Below are positions 39,960 to 53,726 of a stretch of DNA of 64,000 nucleotides, piece after piece. Made by a program: the position numbers and the translations under genes. Below the pieces are notes generated by a model that was not told where the DNA came from, did not search any database, and was given only the letters and a program-made list of their open reading frames with translations. The stretch's first letter is position 1; each line of letters begins with the position of its first letter. The stretch comes from Eledone cirrhosa (Eukaryota): contig OZ024742.1 of assembly GCA_964016885.1 (NCBI GenBank), positions 116,312,001 to 116,376,000 on the forward strand, written 5' to 3'.

Positions 39960-40643
39960 ATAAAGAATTAGTATATCTACTAACACATTTATACAGAAAT
40001 ATACTTATGCTAGCAAAATATAGGTTTTGTCTTAGTAACTGTGTGGTTCAATACAAGACGTAAAATAAGAAAATTATAATAATTAACTTACTTACTTAAG
40101 TTTCACTCCAACTAATTAGTTTCTGAAAGGGGATATATATAGTGTTCAAAACCATGGAGAATTCATTTCTTCATCAGGGAGTCAATTCTCTGCTAAGATC
40201 CCTGGCGATAGGCGGACGCAGGGATCTCAAGCAAAAATAATTCAGTGAATGGAAAAGGAGCAAGCTCAGACTAAATTTCAAGGCACTGCTATGATTCATA
40301 GTAATATTTTGGCTACTGTCTTTTTAACACCCCACTCCTCACTGATTAACCTCGATGTCATGTGATCGATTCTTTTGAATTTGCCACCGACCGAGAAGGT
40401 AGTGAAATTTTCAGTGTCTTGAAATTTAGTCCGCGCTTGCTTCTTTCCCATTCACTGAATTATTTTTGTTTGAGATCCCTGTGTCCGCCTATCGCCAGGG
40501 ATCTTAGCAGAGAATTGACTCCCTGATGAAGAACGGAATTCTCCATGGTTTTGATCATTATGTATATCTTCTTTCAGAAACTAATTAGTTGGAGTGAAAC
40601 TTAAGTAAGTAAGTTAATTATTATAATTTTCTTATTTTACGTC

Positions 40644-40646
<3 letters not shown>
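39960..40646. mobile_element. Diverged relative of the 522-bp HHR monomer, arranged as an inverted pair
   Basis: Starts taaagaattagtatatctac like the 32796 unit; arms ~40056-40285 and ~40415-40646; (TA)n flanks. Confidence 0.85.
40518..40595 (+). ncRNA. Type I hammerhead ribozyme (counterpart on minus strand at 40105-40182)
   Basis: actcc-CTGATGA-agaa...tttca-GAAA-ctaattag-TT-ggagt. Confidence 0.83.
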
Positions 40647-40685
<39 letters not shown>

Positions 40686-40796
40686 GAATAGAGGTGTGAC
40701 TATATATATATAGTAATGCTCATAAATTTGAAGACTAAAATACAAAGAGGACTCCATAAGGATAAATATATATCAGATATATAAGAACCGTAGAGC

Positions 40797-40898
40797 AAAT
40801 ATTTATTAAAATAACAGATTAAAGTTTAAGCAACGGATCGTTAAGGATGAAAGCAGCGATTCTTTGCTTAAACTTTAATCTGTTATTTTAATAAATAT
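40797..40898. repeat. Short fold-back hairpin next to (TA)n
   Basis: atatttattaaaataacagattaaagtttaagcaa versus ttgcttaaactttaatctgttattttaataaatat. Confidence 0.85.
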
Positions 40899-40904
40899 AT
40901 ATAT

Positions 40905-41043
<139 letters not shown>

Positions 41044-41321
41044 TTTTCTTTAATTCATTTCAATCCTTTTCTAATAAATTTATCCATTCATCTGTCTGAG
41101 TTCTATAATAGTTATTTCCGTTTCATTCCTTCGAAAACTGTTTCCTTGAGAAATCATCACACGATCTTTTCTGAATTTATCGTACGTTATCGTTTTGAGA
41201 CAATAAGATAGGATGTAATTATAATTCCTGCTACCCTAAACTCAAATATTATTTTATCCAATACTTATGAAATAATGTGATATGTACATATACTTACCTA
41301 AAGAAATAAATGATTCTCTTA

Positions 41322-41518
41322 TAGACACAAGGCCAGTAATTTGGGAGAAGGGGAATGTCGATTAAATCGACCCCATTACGTTGCTGGTGCTTTATTTTAT
41401 CGACCCCGTAAGGATGAAAGGCAAAGTTAACCTCAGCGGGATTTTAACTCAGACCATAAAGGACAGTAACTCTATACTTCAAAGCATGGTGTACTACTCT
41501 AGCCATACTGCCAATCCA
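41322..41518 (-). mobile_element. SINE family A
   Basis: Conserved core, head and tail. Confidence 0.82.
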
Positions 41519-42118
41519 AAGAAATGAATTACAAATAAAGAAAGGTCTTTTCTGGACATGTACTATGTGCGTGCAATGTAATTATTGTAAATATAAAGAT
41601 AAATATGTATATATATATATAGATGTGTGGGGTGGGAACGTGTGTGTACAATAAGTATTATGTCTTTTTAATTTAGGTACGAGGCAAGCAATGTGGAGGT
41701 ATGAGAGAAAGTAGATATAGACCGACCTATGGTAGTTTAATTTTAGGGCGCCTGAGAGGATGAACAACCCCCAATAATTTGATACTTTGAATGCTTATTT
41801 CTGTTATAAGTATGGACGATTAACACATGAGGGAGTTGTAGGGACACCGTAGTATCATTTGCCGATTGTTGGGTAATTTAAACTTGAGGAGATTGGGGAC
41901 AGTCGATTTCTTGAAGAGAATGAGTTAGTGATATAGAAGAAAAATTCTCTCTATTATGGGAATGGTACTATTTTTATCAATCACAAAAGGAGGAAAGGCA
42001 AACTTGAACTTATTGGAATTTAAACTTGGAGCATAGATACTCGCAACGAATACACCAAAGCATCTTATCCGACGACTTACGATTCTACCAATATATATAT
42101 ATATATATACACACACAC

Positions 42119-42212
<94 letters not shown>

Positions 42213-42345
42213 GTAGGTCCCGGGTTGAGTCGGGGATAACCACAGTAAGTAAGGTACTCAATACATGGCAGAGTAAATTGTTTTTATTTTATAGAAGGAG
42301 CTTCTACAGGACTAGTACTGTTTCATTCAGATGAAATCTTCAGGA

Positions 42346-42396
42346 AGCTTCCTGAAGATTTCATCTGAATGAAACAGTACTAGTCCTGTAGAAGCT
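42346..42396 (+). ncRNA. Type I hammerhead ribozyme in a perfect palindrome (mirror copy on minus strand at 42299-42349)
   Basis: agcttc-CTGAAGA-tttcatctgaat-GAAA-cag-tactagtc-ctg-TA-gaagct. The palindrome (~42287-42408) is centred on aag|ctt, inside the 5' strand of stem I. Confidence 0.88.
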
Positions 42397-42434
42397 CCTT
42401 CTATAAAATTAAAAAAAAAAAAATAAATAAATAA

Positions 42435-42485
<51 letters not shown>

Positions 42486-42558
42486 CAGATGGTAGCTAAG
42501 AGGATTCCATACGCGGTATGCCGGTTGAGCACTCTATGCTCTTACAGTGCAGAGTATG

Positions 42559-42778
42559 ATATAATATAAAACGAAAAATCAGTGATGCATCTGAACTCAA
42601 TTTATTGTGTGTTACAATTGTTTCCCCGGCCGACAGCTCTAGACGCGATCATTGCGTGGATCACTCTGATTCTGGACCCGCAGATAGATCGCGTCTCGAG
42701 CTGTCCGCCGGCGAAACAATTGTAACACACAATAAATTGAGTTCAGATGCATCACTGATTTTTCGTTTTATATTATAT
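42559..42778. repeat. Fold-back inverted repeat made of HHR 3' halves around a long GC-rich stem II-like hairpin
   Basis: Perfect outer arms carry GAAA-caattg-TA-acacac-AATAAA; the inner hairpin (~42625-42712) is imperfect; no CTGANGA. Confidence 0.85.
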
Positions 42779-42869
42779 ATATATTTGCTGGATAAAGTGT
42801 ATTTATAAATAACAGGAATGCACGAACGGGGGATAATTTCCCTTTCATCAGTTGTCTGCTGGAGATCAT

Positions 42870-42927
<58 letters not shown>

Positions 42928-43131
42928 ATGCGTGTGTGTGTGTGTGTGTGTGTGCGTGTGTGTGCGCGTGTGTGTGTGTGTGTATGTGTGTGTGTGTATG
43001 TGTGTGGTGCGTATGCATGTATGTATGTGTCATGTATGTGTGTGTGTCTAAATTCACACATGACACAGTCACACACATACATATATATAAATATATCTCT
43101 CTCTCTGTCTCTCTCTCTCTCTCACTCTATG

Positions 43132-43169
<38 letters not shown>

Positions 43170-44598
43170 TTTATATATATGTATGTGTGTGATTGTGTCA
43201 TGTGTGAATTTAGACACACACACATACATGCACACATACATACATACATGCATACATATACATACATATATATATATATATGTCCATGATTCCATGATCT
43301 CCAGCAGACAACTAATGAAAGGGAAATTATTCCCCGTTTAGACACACACACATACATGCACACATACATATATACATTCATACACACACATGTGTATATA
43401 TATATATATACACATATATGTATATACACATATATATATATGAATATGAGTCTGTACACACACACACATGTATATATGTCTATGTATGTATGGACGTAAC
43501 GTTTAATTTATATCGAAGTAAATTTCAATGGATATTTAAAATATATATATTTACATAGGTATATTTACGTTTGTTTTATTTTATACATAGTGATTTGTAT
43601 ATTGTGTGAAATTTCTGTGGTTTTAGGTAGGTAGCGGTTCAAGAAGGAATGTTGTTTTCTGCGATCCAAAAAGAAAAAATAAACAAAATTAACCGAATTG
43701 TATAGGAATATAAGATGGAGTTAAGGCATATTTCAAATATTAGAAAATTAGCTTTTTATTATATCAGTAATGCCATTTGGATAATAACTTTTTAATTTTA
43801 TTAAAATGTACACAGTTCTAAACTATCTATTTTACAATTCCCCTACATAATACAGTTTGTAAAGTATACTCGTGCGTAAAACTTTGCACTGTTTCAAAAA
43901 TGGTGTTCATCTTTTACGAGAAAGAAGTATATATAACGAAGAAACACCTTCAATACTAGTATTTACATTTTCTGACTAAATATTAGTATATAAAGTGGTT
44001 AAAAAGTACATATTTATATATTCGTGATATATTGTATACAATTTCAATGGTTTGGGAGAAGGAAGGTCTTGAATAGAGTGTACCAGCTTTCACTGAGCGT
44101 TCGTTAGAGCATTAACGAAGAAAACACCGGAAATTAGAAATTTTAACATGACGTAAATTATCGTGTCATGTAAGCATAGGCAACAGTAGTCGATGCAATT
44201 GCCCACTATGTTATTGTGGTGTTGGAAGTGAGAACGGCGGTGGCAATGTCGGTTATTTAAACATTCTCATACTGCACTTAAACCTCGCAGTTCGCTTCTT
44301 TGTTGTTGCAAACTCGCCTAGAGCTGCCGGTATTTCTTTCGTGTTGACTATATTATTCGTCTGAACATATTTCATTTGCGAAGAAGGATTTAGTTATATT
44401 CTCATACACTATGTATACATATAAATGTATGCATACTGGGAAGGCTATATACGTGTGCGTATATGTGTCGGTATCTGTGCATGTATGTATGAGAAAAATA
44501 TACACACACCCGCACATAAACACATATACAGACACACGCACACACAAACACACAAATGCACGTACATATATATATACGTACATATATACATACACACA

Positions 44599-44629
<31 letters not shown>

Positions 44630-44652
44630 GTATAAGTATATATATATATATA

Positions 44653-44738
<86 letters not shown>

Positions 44739-45118
44739 GTTATATATATGCATGGAATAAACATTAAGACAGTTGTTGCATAATCGTATTCACTGGACTT
44801 TCGCAGACATATTGAACTAAAGTGTTTGCCTATGACATATCAACAGCTTAGCTTAAGTATGTTAAAATGTAATGATGTTCAAGCGGTACTGGTTGGCATT
44901 TTAATAGTCCCGTACCTGCTGCAGTGTCAACAAAATACGTATTACACAATAAATCTGATTATGTAACATCTGTCTTAATGTGTATTATTTACATGGACAC
45001 TCCATCGTCTTTGACGGCCCCCATTATGTTGGGTAGATAAGATCAACATGAGGTGCACTTACCGACTTAGACCTGATCACAAACGAGCCATTTCATCATA
45101 ATTCTACGTGTAAGCATT

Positions 45119-45259
<141 letters not shown>

Positions 45260-45321
45260 GGGGGGGGGTATATGTGTGTGTGTGTGTCTATGCGTGTGTA
45301 TGTATATATATATATATATAT

Positions 45322-45640
45322 GAAGTGATTATAGTGGCTTATATTCTTAAGGTTGTGAGTTTGTTTCTCTGACCGGGCTTTGCGTTGTGTTCTTCAGTAA
45401 GACGCTTTATTTCACGTTGCTGCAGTTTGCTGAGCCGTAGAAATGAGTTGCGTCATCACCGGTGCCAAGTGGGATCGACCATTGCCTTCCCCATGGTCAG
45501 CATCAGTGGCGTGGAGAAGGGAGGGTGGTATGCATGGGCGACAACTAGTATTCTACAAACAAACTGGCCTGGATTTATGCCTGGGAGAGGACATCTCTAG
45601 GTGCAAATATCATGGTCATTCCTGACCGAAGGGGCATTTA
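45322..45640 (+). mobile_element. tRNA-derived CORE-type SINE (family B)
   Basis: Degenerate tRNA head (ggttgtgagtttg), then the CORE-like gttgtgttcttcagtaagacgctttatttcacgttgctgcagt...gtagaaatgag, and a tail ending at (TA)n. Confidence 0.6.
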
Positions 45641-45664
45641 CATATATATATATATATATATATG

Positions 45665-45752
<88 letters not shown>

Positions 45753-45753
45753 G

Positions 45754-45784
<31 letters not shown>

Positions 45785-45786
45785 GC

Positions 45787-46391
45787 AGGCTGCCAACGCG
45801 TTTTCGAGTACGGCCACTACTTTATATCCATGTAGGAGAACCCCTACCGATGCGCTGAACGAGTGTGACTTTTTAGTCCAGCCAGCGACTTGGAAACTCT
45901 GGTACAAACACTACACTTGTGACAATTATTGACACATAGTGCTGGGCTCATGGTACCATGTGACGACAAGTGCAGAGAGATCTCCAGATATAAAGCAATG
46001 CCTGTGCCGTGAAGCTTTTATAGTGACCAAAGGCACTGCACAAAGCCAGTCCCACTCTCTTAACCAAAATGATATTTACCAAAAGCAAGAACAAGTCAAC
46101 ATCATTGGATACAATCAGAGTTGCAGGTGTTATATCAGAGTTTTCCTTCTCCAAGAATTCTGCCTTGACCAAGGCTAGGGGATCATCTCTCCCGGTGATT
46201 TGGGATGGCATTTGACTCTTAAGAGCTCCTTTGCCCTTTGACAGGTTTTGTTTTTAGTCCTGCAGAATGTTCAAAGTCACCCTCCTCACCAAGAATCTTT
46301 GGTGGGGTTGCCAGTTTTCGCCTACGACCCGATCATGGGACAGGTTGTACTGGAATACATGTTACCAGTAGCACAAACTGGTGACCTGACA
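45787..46391 (-). mobile_element. Second copy of the ~600-bp RTE-like non-autonomous element
   Basis: Colinear with 16525-17131, including the C2H2-coding end; (TA)n on both sides. Confidence 0.75.
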
Positions 46392-46395
46392 CATA

Positions 46396-46492
<97 letters not shown>

Positions 46493-46493
46493 G

Positions 46494-46615
<122 letters not shown>

Positions 46616-46728
46616 TATATTTGCTCTACGGTTCTTATATATTTGATATATATTTATCCTTATCGAATCCTCTTTGGATGTTAGTCTTCAAATTTAATAT
46701 TATCTCTCTCTCTATATATAAATAAATA

Positions 46729-49231
46729 ACACGGTTGTGTATGATTGTGTATAGAAGATTATATTAATAAAAGGAATTCCAACCTTGTCTGATTTACTCG
46801 TTTTATTTACAATCGTTTAAAATTTATAATGGTATTAGAATGAAATAGTATGGTAGAATATTAAATGTTAAGTGTTAATTGAACAAGAACTTTCATGATT
46901 TCGCAATCTTCGGGTTCATATCTGTGGTGACAGTCAAGTTTGCAATTTTCAACTCTAATGAGATGGGTAAATTTTTTGCCTTATATACAGTGAAAAGTGG
47001 CTACAGAATGCTAAATGTTGCAAACTGTATTTTGACCAATCGGTGTGTAGTTTCACTGGATTACTAAAGCTGATTGGTTTAGGCGCCACGGTTGGTTGAG
47101 AATGTCTAACGACTACTATTTGACCCAATCCGAAGCATCAATTGTTTTGCTATTTTTAGAAATGTACTCATCACATCAACATCACTTTTATTATTATTAT
47201 TGTTGTTGTTGTTAGTGGTCTTAGTCATAGTCATGGTAGGATTAATACCCCATTATAATTGTTCATCTAGCTTGGATTGGAATTCATCAATAAAATTATT
47301 TTCTTTGATTTTTCTCTTGATTTCACTTGGGCTGTGTAATTTGTATAATGGAAATATAAATATTCTCTGACCACATGTTGCTAGATGGTTACTCAGGGGT
47401 ACCTGACGGACATATGGGTCTCTGATTTGCTGTCGGTATACCCGTGCACTTTCCGATAGTGCATTTCCAGTTTGACCGACATATAGTTCTTCACAATTCG
47501 GGCATTTAATGCAGTAAATTAGATTTCTGCTTTTGCAGTTCATATTTGCATTTGGGAATTTTTTTCAAGTTTTTTTATCATATATTGACCGGTATGTATG
47601 GATTGACATGTGCCACATCGACTATCATTGCATTTAGATACAGTGAATTATTGGTCTTTGTTGTTAAGGTCAAACTTTGCTTTGTTAGTAATTGCTTCAA
47701 ATTTTTCGGCTGTCTTTTACTAAGAGTCAAAGATCGATCTGTGATTAAGCCTTTTAATTCATTACTTTGAGCAATGATCGGTAGGTTTGCTTTGGCAGTG
47801 TTGAAGATATTCTGGTGACATGGGTTGTGTGTCATTATAAATGGTATGACCAGTTCTTGGTTTCTTCTTCCTTGGGTTGTCCTAAGTTGTTGTATATGTA
47901 TTTTTATAACCCGCTATATGCCATGTTCTATAAGTAGAGATGGGTATTTTTGTTTGAGCAAAAATTCTCGCAGTTCTGTTAGGCGTTTGTTCCTGGTATT
48001 CGTATTTTCTACAATGGTACATATTCTTCTGGCTAGGCAGTATGGGATGTTGCGTTTTGTATGAGGTGGATGGCACGACTTAAAATTCAGATATTGATGG
48101 GTGTCTGTGTGTTTATAATATATATCCGTGGTAATGGTGGTGTCGTATGTGATTACCATTATATCTAGGAATGGTAATTTGGTACTACTCATCTCTTTTG
48201 TGAATTGGAGAGATGGGTGTAGATTATTCAGGAGGATATTGAACTCATCCAGAGTATGTAGAGATTCTGTCCAGATGATGAAACAGTCTTCAAGGTATCT
48301 CTTCCAAGATTGTTCAATGTACTTTCTAAAGACAGTACTATATTTTTCCTCTATTTCTTGGTAGAGTTGTTGTTCTAAGTATCCCATTACAGAGTTCGCG
48401 TAAACGGGAGCAAACTTCGTTCACATGTAATTATTTCCATTGAAGAAGAAAGTGTTGTTTTCCAGAATAAATTTGACTGCGTCTAATATGAATTGTGCTG
48501 TGTATCTGGTGGGAATCACTTCTCTATGTTTTTCCACACAGTATTTAACCGCCTTTATTCTAAATCATGTGTAATGTTGGTGTAAAGGCTTACCACATCA
48601 AAACTAAGTAGAAGTGAATTCGTTTCCGTGGTTTTGGGAAGATGGGACAAGAAGTCGATATCATCCCGGATGAAACTGGGTATGTGAATACATAGCGGTT
48701 TTAAAATAATGTCAACAAAATTGCTTAGACGGTGGGTAGGGCATGTTGGACCAGCTATAATAGGTCTAAGTTTTAAGTCTTTTGGGTGTAGTAATTTAAT
48801 GTTCTCACTGTTTTGTTCTTTTACTGCCAGGTGTATTTCTTTTGACTTATGAACTTTCGGTAGGCCAAACAGGTTGCTGGGTTTTGGCTCAAAATTGGTG
48901 ATGTAGTCTCTTTCCTTTTCAGTAAGTGAGTTGTGGTATTTTGAAGCCAGGTTGTTGATCTTCTTCATGATGTTGTGGTCTATATTTGACGGTATTTCAT
49001 GATAGAATGTTGTGTCTTTCAGTTGTTCCTCAACCACATCTTTGTAGTATTCACCATCCATTATTACAGCTGCACCCCCTTTATTTGCTAGTTTAATTAT
49101 TATTGTTTTATCATTTTGTATACGTTTAAGTGCAGACATTTCTGATTTGTTAATGTTTGACCTAACATTAGTATTACGTCTAAGAGGAAATTTAGACAGG
49201 ATGTCAATGTATTGGTCGAGATAGATATTTC

Positions 49232-49235
<4 letters not shown>
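46729..49235 (-). mobile_element. Penelope-like retroelement, 5'-truncated and decayed (RT + GIY-YIG + 3' UTR/pseudo-LTR)
   Basis: IIIKLANKGGAAVIMD, LFGLPKVHK, LRPIIAG, SFDVVSLYTNI, WKRYLEDCF (RY.DD), LPFLDI, TDIYYKHTDTHQYLNFKSCHP, NCKSRNLIYCIKCPNCEELYVGQT (GIY-YIG). 3' non-coding region 46729-47250 has an HHR-like motif at 46880-46918; (TA)n at the 5' junction. Confidence 0.92.
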
Positions 49236-49273
<38 letters not shown>

Positions 49274-49307
49274 TATAAAATAAAAAGATGGTTAAAAGAG
49301 TTCCATG

Positions 49308-49378
49308 TATTTTATTATGCGCATTTCAAAAACAAATATCATCATGGGATGATATTTGCGTTCCCATCAGATAAAATA
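49308..49378 (-). ncRNA. HHR of the 34027 family with a core mutation (CTGATGG)
   Basis: tattttat-CTGATGG-...caaatatcatc/gatgatatttg...-GAAA-tgcgca-TA-ataaaata. Confidence 0.72.
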
Positions 49379-52000
49379 GGGAGACATGATATGAAGCTTA
49401 AAAAACACTTGCGAGCAGTGAAGTTTCAAATCAACATATGAAAAATAAAATTGGAGGGATATATGAGATGGGAAAAAAGGAAAGGAAGGGGGAAAGAAAA
49501 GGTAAGGAAGAGGAAGAAAAAGTATATAAATAGAAGAAAAAATATAATAATAAGGAAAGAATGACGGAGGAGGAGTATAAGAAGGAAGGATGAAAGAGGG
49601 GGAGAAAATGAGTGAGAGAGAGAGAGATAACCTTTAATACTGGGAAACACTGTCTCACAGAGAAAAAATTAAAAAACCCGTTGTAAGATAATACATAATC
49701 TAAAAAAATTAAGAGGTTTATGAATGGTGATGCTTATGATTAAAGAAAAAGGAATTAAGAATACTATTTATTTAAGGTTTATATATATAAAGGGGTTAAT
49801 AATATGTGCGAAAAGGAATTTATTAAAATGTATTATTAAAATAAAATATATTAAGAGGATAAGGTGAATGAAGATAAGGTTAAATGAAATATGAACTTAG
49901 AGGAATTAATTAGGATCCAAATATATATATATATATATTTCCGCACTCCCTCACTGCTTGGTAATGTGGAATATCCGGGCTTCACACCTTTCACGCGTGT
50001 TATTTTTTACATTTTCGAAAGCTGGGTGATTCAGTTCCTTGGAGCAACAAATCTAGTCCCACACTTTTGAAGGTTTATTATAACATTCTGTGGCTCTTTT
50101 GAGCTTGCGCATTTTTCAGGTCTAGTTTACTATTTTTTAAGGCAACGCTTGTAATAACTCTTGTTAAACATGATATATATTAATAATAAATTATCGTAGT
50201 AAGAGCACACAGAAAATTTCGCATACCAACGGATCTGGAGAACACACTCTGGAAGTGAATATGTACCTCCTAGCGAAGATTGGTGTCGATTATCGTCTTT
50301 TTATACGACTTAACAAATCTGTGCACCAAAGTCCGATGCTGCATCCGGAAGTGAAGCATTTTCTCTAGTTTCCATAGTCGATGCAAAGACCGCTTACGAA
50401 GAACATTTTTGTTTTTATAGTAAGCTTTCAATTAAGACTCTATATTATCTTTATTGACAATTCTATACACAGCCTTTCTTTGCAATACCATTTGTCATAC
50501 TTATGTTCAGATATAAATAAGCCAATTTGTGATCGAATATATTAATAATATCAAACATTTTTAAATGCACGTGACACCTGTAGTCGACTATCATAGTAAA
50601 CTAAGTACATTAAATTAAAAATTGATATTTTTGCGAATAAATTTCAAAAGTATGAAATTCTACAATTACAAGGTTATTTTAGAACACAATTTTACAATTA
50701 CAAAGTTATTTTAGATTGAAATTACAAAATGTTACATTACAAAGTTCTTTTTGAATCAAAATTACAAAGTTTACAATCATAATATAACTGCCACATCACT
50801 ATAAATTATCAATTTATTATTGAATATACGCTATCTTGGAGTGTTTTAAAATGTTTTACAAACAAAAATTTACAAACTTTTGTAAAAACGATAGTTTTAG
50901 AAATATTTGTACAAACTTTTACAAACAAAATTTAAAAAAATATATTTTTACAAATCTTTACAAACAAATTATTCTTACACATTTTTACAAAGTGCAGTTT
51001 CTATTACAATCCGAACCCTGCCTATATTCCATTACACTATATAAAGAGGAACAAGATACAAAGATATTAAATAAATATATTTTACATAATAGTTGTTATA
51101 GTTAAATTAATAAAAATTAAATATTACATACAAATAGTCTAACATAATAATAAAAAGAATAATCTAACCTAATAATAATAAAATAATCTAACATAAAACG
51201 AACAATAATATGGACATATAGACAAGTAAATACAATACAACCAATATTCTAAGCATGTTATAACAAAAAAATAGTTAATATAAATTTAAAAATTCATATA
51301 TAAATTAACGATATAACTTTCCAAAACGAGAAAAATATTTTGATGATATACAATAAAATACAGGAGAAAGATTCGAAAGCGAAACGATAAATATACGTGC
51401 AAACTAAACGCTTTTGAGCAACAATTACTCTCGTTGATGGATTAGAAAATAAGACGATGAAATTAGCCAATAAGACGATACGTTACAAAACATGTTTGGA
51501 AGGAATCGCCACCGCCAGCGATACTTCTTGAATCTTTTATTCACAAGCTACGCATATATTGTAAGACATGCAGACTTAAAACATTCTGTTGTTAGTCACT
51601 GCGTGTCTAACATATGTGCTCTTATGGTTTATGGAAATGGTAGAAAGTGTTGTCCACAATAAACAAGTTAATGGCTTTTAGATCTGAAAGAGAAAAGAAT
51701 AACAATGAAGAAAAACGCCAAAGGGTAGTATGGAAAGCTGTTTTGTTCTACAATTATGTAGGAGAATGAAGCAATTCATGAAAACGAAATATGTATACTT
51801 GTAAACGACTACATGGTGCATGGAACATTTACAATTCTGTCCACGTTAAAAGTAAAACCATTCCGTACTAATGCAGTGAAATAATAGATACCTTTCCATT
51901 TAATTCTATGTAGAAATATGTATTTCTACATGGAAATACATATATACAGAGATATAAATATATCTCTATAATCAAATATGTATATATATGTGTGTGTCTT

Positions 52001-52031
<31 letters not shown>

Positions 52032-52179
52032 GTAGGTATGTGTATATATATATATATATATGATGGTGATGATGATGATGGCTGCAACTCGATTACGAAT
52101 AATGCGATCGTTTGATACTTAAGCATGAGCATCACAAATGTGGCTTTTTAGTCCTACTAGAGACTTGCCTATGGCCTGC

Positions 52180-52610
52180 AATACTATGCATCGCAAAAAA
52201 TGTCACATATCAAACGATGCCTACGCTTGAAAATTGTATAAGTGAGGAAAGGCTTTGTACTGGACCAATCTTACTCTTTGAATATCTAATGCATTTACCC
52301 AAAAAGAAGAATTGGTTTCCATCATTGGATGCAAACGAAGGCGCAGTGTGTATATCAGAGTGACTTTCTCCTAGAGAGATTTCTTAATGAAGACTTGGTG
52401 TCTCTCACTCCAAAAAATAAAAGAATAAAATTTCTTGGATAGCTGTTTACTCTCCTAAGCTCATTCGATCTTTGACTGGTTTGTTTTTCATCCTGCAGGG
52501 TGCCCCAAATTATCCTCTTTGGGTTGCCGGCTTAGTTGCCTGAGAGACCCGAACATGCACAGATTGTACAAGTTTACATGTTACCAGTAGAGCTGAAGAG
52601 CGACCTTACA
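52180..52610 (-). mobile_element. Older diverged relative of the ~600-bp RTE-like element
   Basis: Shares ttgactggtttg..cctgcagg, gggttgcc..ttagttgcc and acatgttaccagtag with 16975-17130. Confidence 0.55.
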
Positions 52611-52618
52611 CACACTCA

Positions 52619-52704
<86 letters not shown>

Positions 52705-52949
52705 CATAAATACATGCATACATATAGGCGAACCAATAGTAAGTTAGAGTTGCACATTCAGAATCTATACATATAATATATATGCCAAATTGGCGTATAC
52801 CTTTCTGGGTACTGAATGAACCGGGCTTGTTAAATTAAATCCATCATTAATCGCAACAATTGTTTCTATATTAGGTAAGGGTGGCAAATTTCCAAAAATA
52901 ATAGTAGATCCTCCACTATATATAAATATATATATATATATTTGTTTAT

Positions 52950-52977
<28 letters not shown>

Positions 52978-52985
<8 letters not shown>

Positions 52986-53398
52986 TAAAAGAAATTCCAA
53001 CTTTGTCTGATTTACCCGTTTTATTTACAATCCTTTAAAATGTATAATGATATTAGAAGGAAATAGTATGGTAGAATATTAAATGTTAAGTGTTAATTGA
53101 ACAAGTACTTTCATGATTTCGCAATCTTCAGGTTCATAATGTGTGGTGACAGTCAAGTTTGCAATTTTCAACAGTTGAAAATTGCAAACTTGACTGTCAC
53201 CACACAATATGAACCTGAAGATTGCGAAAGCATGAGAGTACTTGTTCAATTAGCACTTAACATTTAATATTCTACCATACTATTTCATTCTAATACCATT
53301 ATGAATTTTATAGGATTGTAAATAAAACGAGTAAATCAGACAAAGTTGGAATTCCTTTTATTAATATAATCTTCTATACACAATCATACACAACCGTG
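52978..53398. mobile_element. Solo PLE 3' end (pseudo-LTR) in fold-back configuration, homologous to 46729-46952
   Basis: Arms meet at ttttcaacagttgaaaa (~53173). HHR-like tgaac-CTGAAGA-ttgc-GAAA-gcatgagagtac-TT-gttca at 53210-53248 (+), with a counterpart at 53098-53136 (-). Confidence 0.88.
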
Positions 53399-53404
53399 TA
53401 TATT

Positions 53405-53454
<50 letters not shown>

Positions 53455-53456
53455 GC

Positions 53457-53581
<125 letters not shown>

Positions 53582-53628
53582 ATATATATATATATATATA
53601 TACAGACACACACATATGCATACCATAC

Positions 53629-53707
<79 letters not shown>

Positions 53708-53726
53708 CATTTCAAATACAGGGTTT

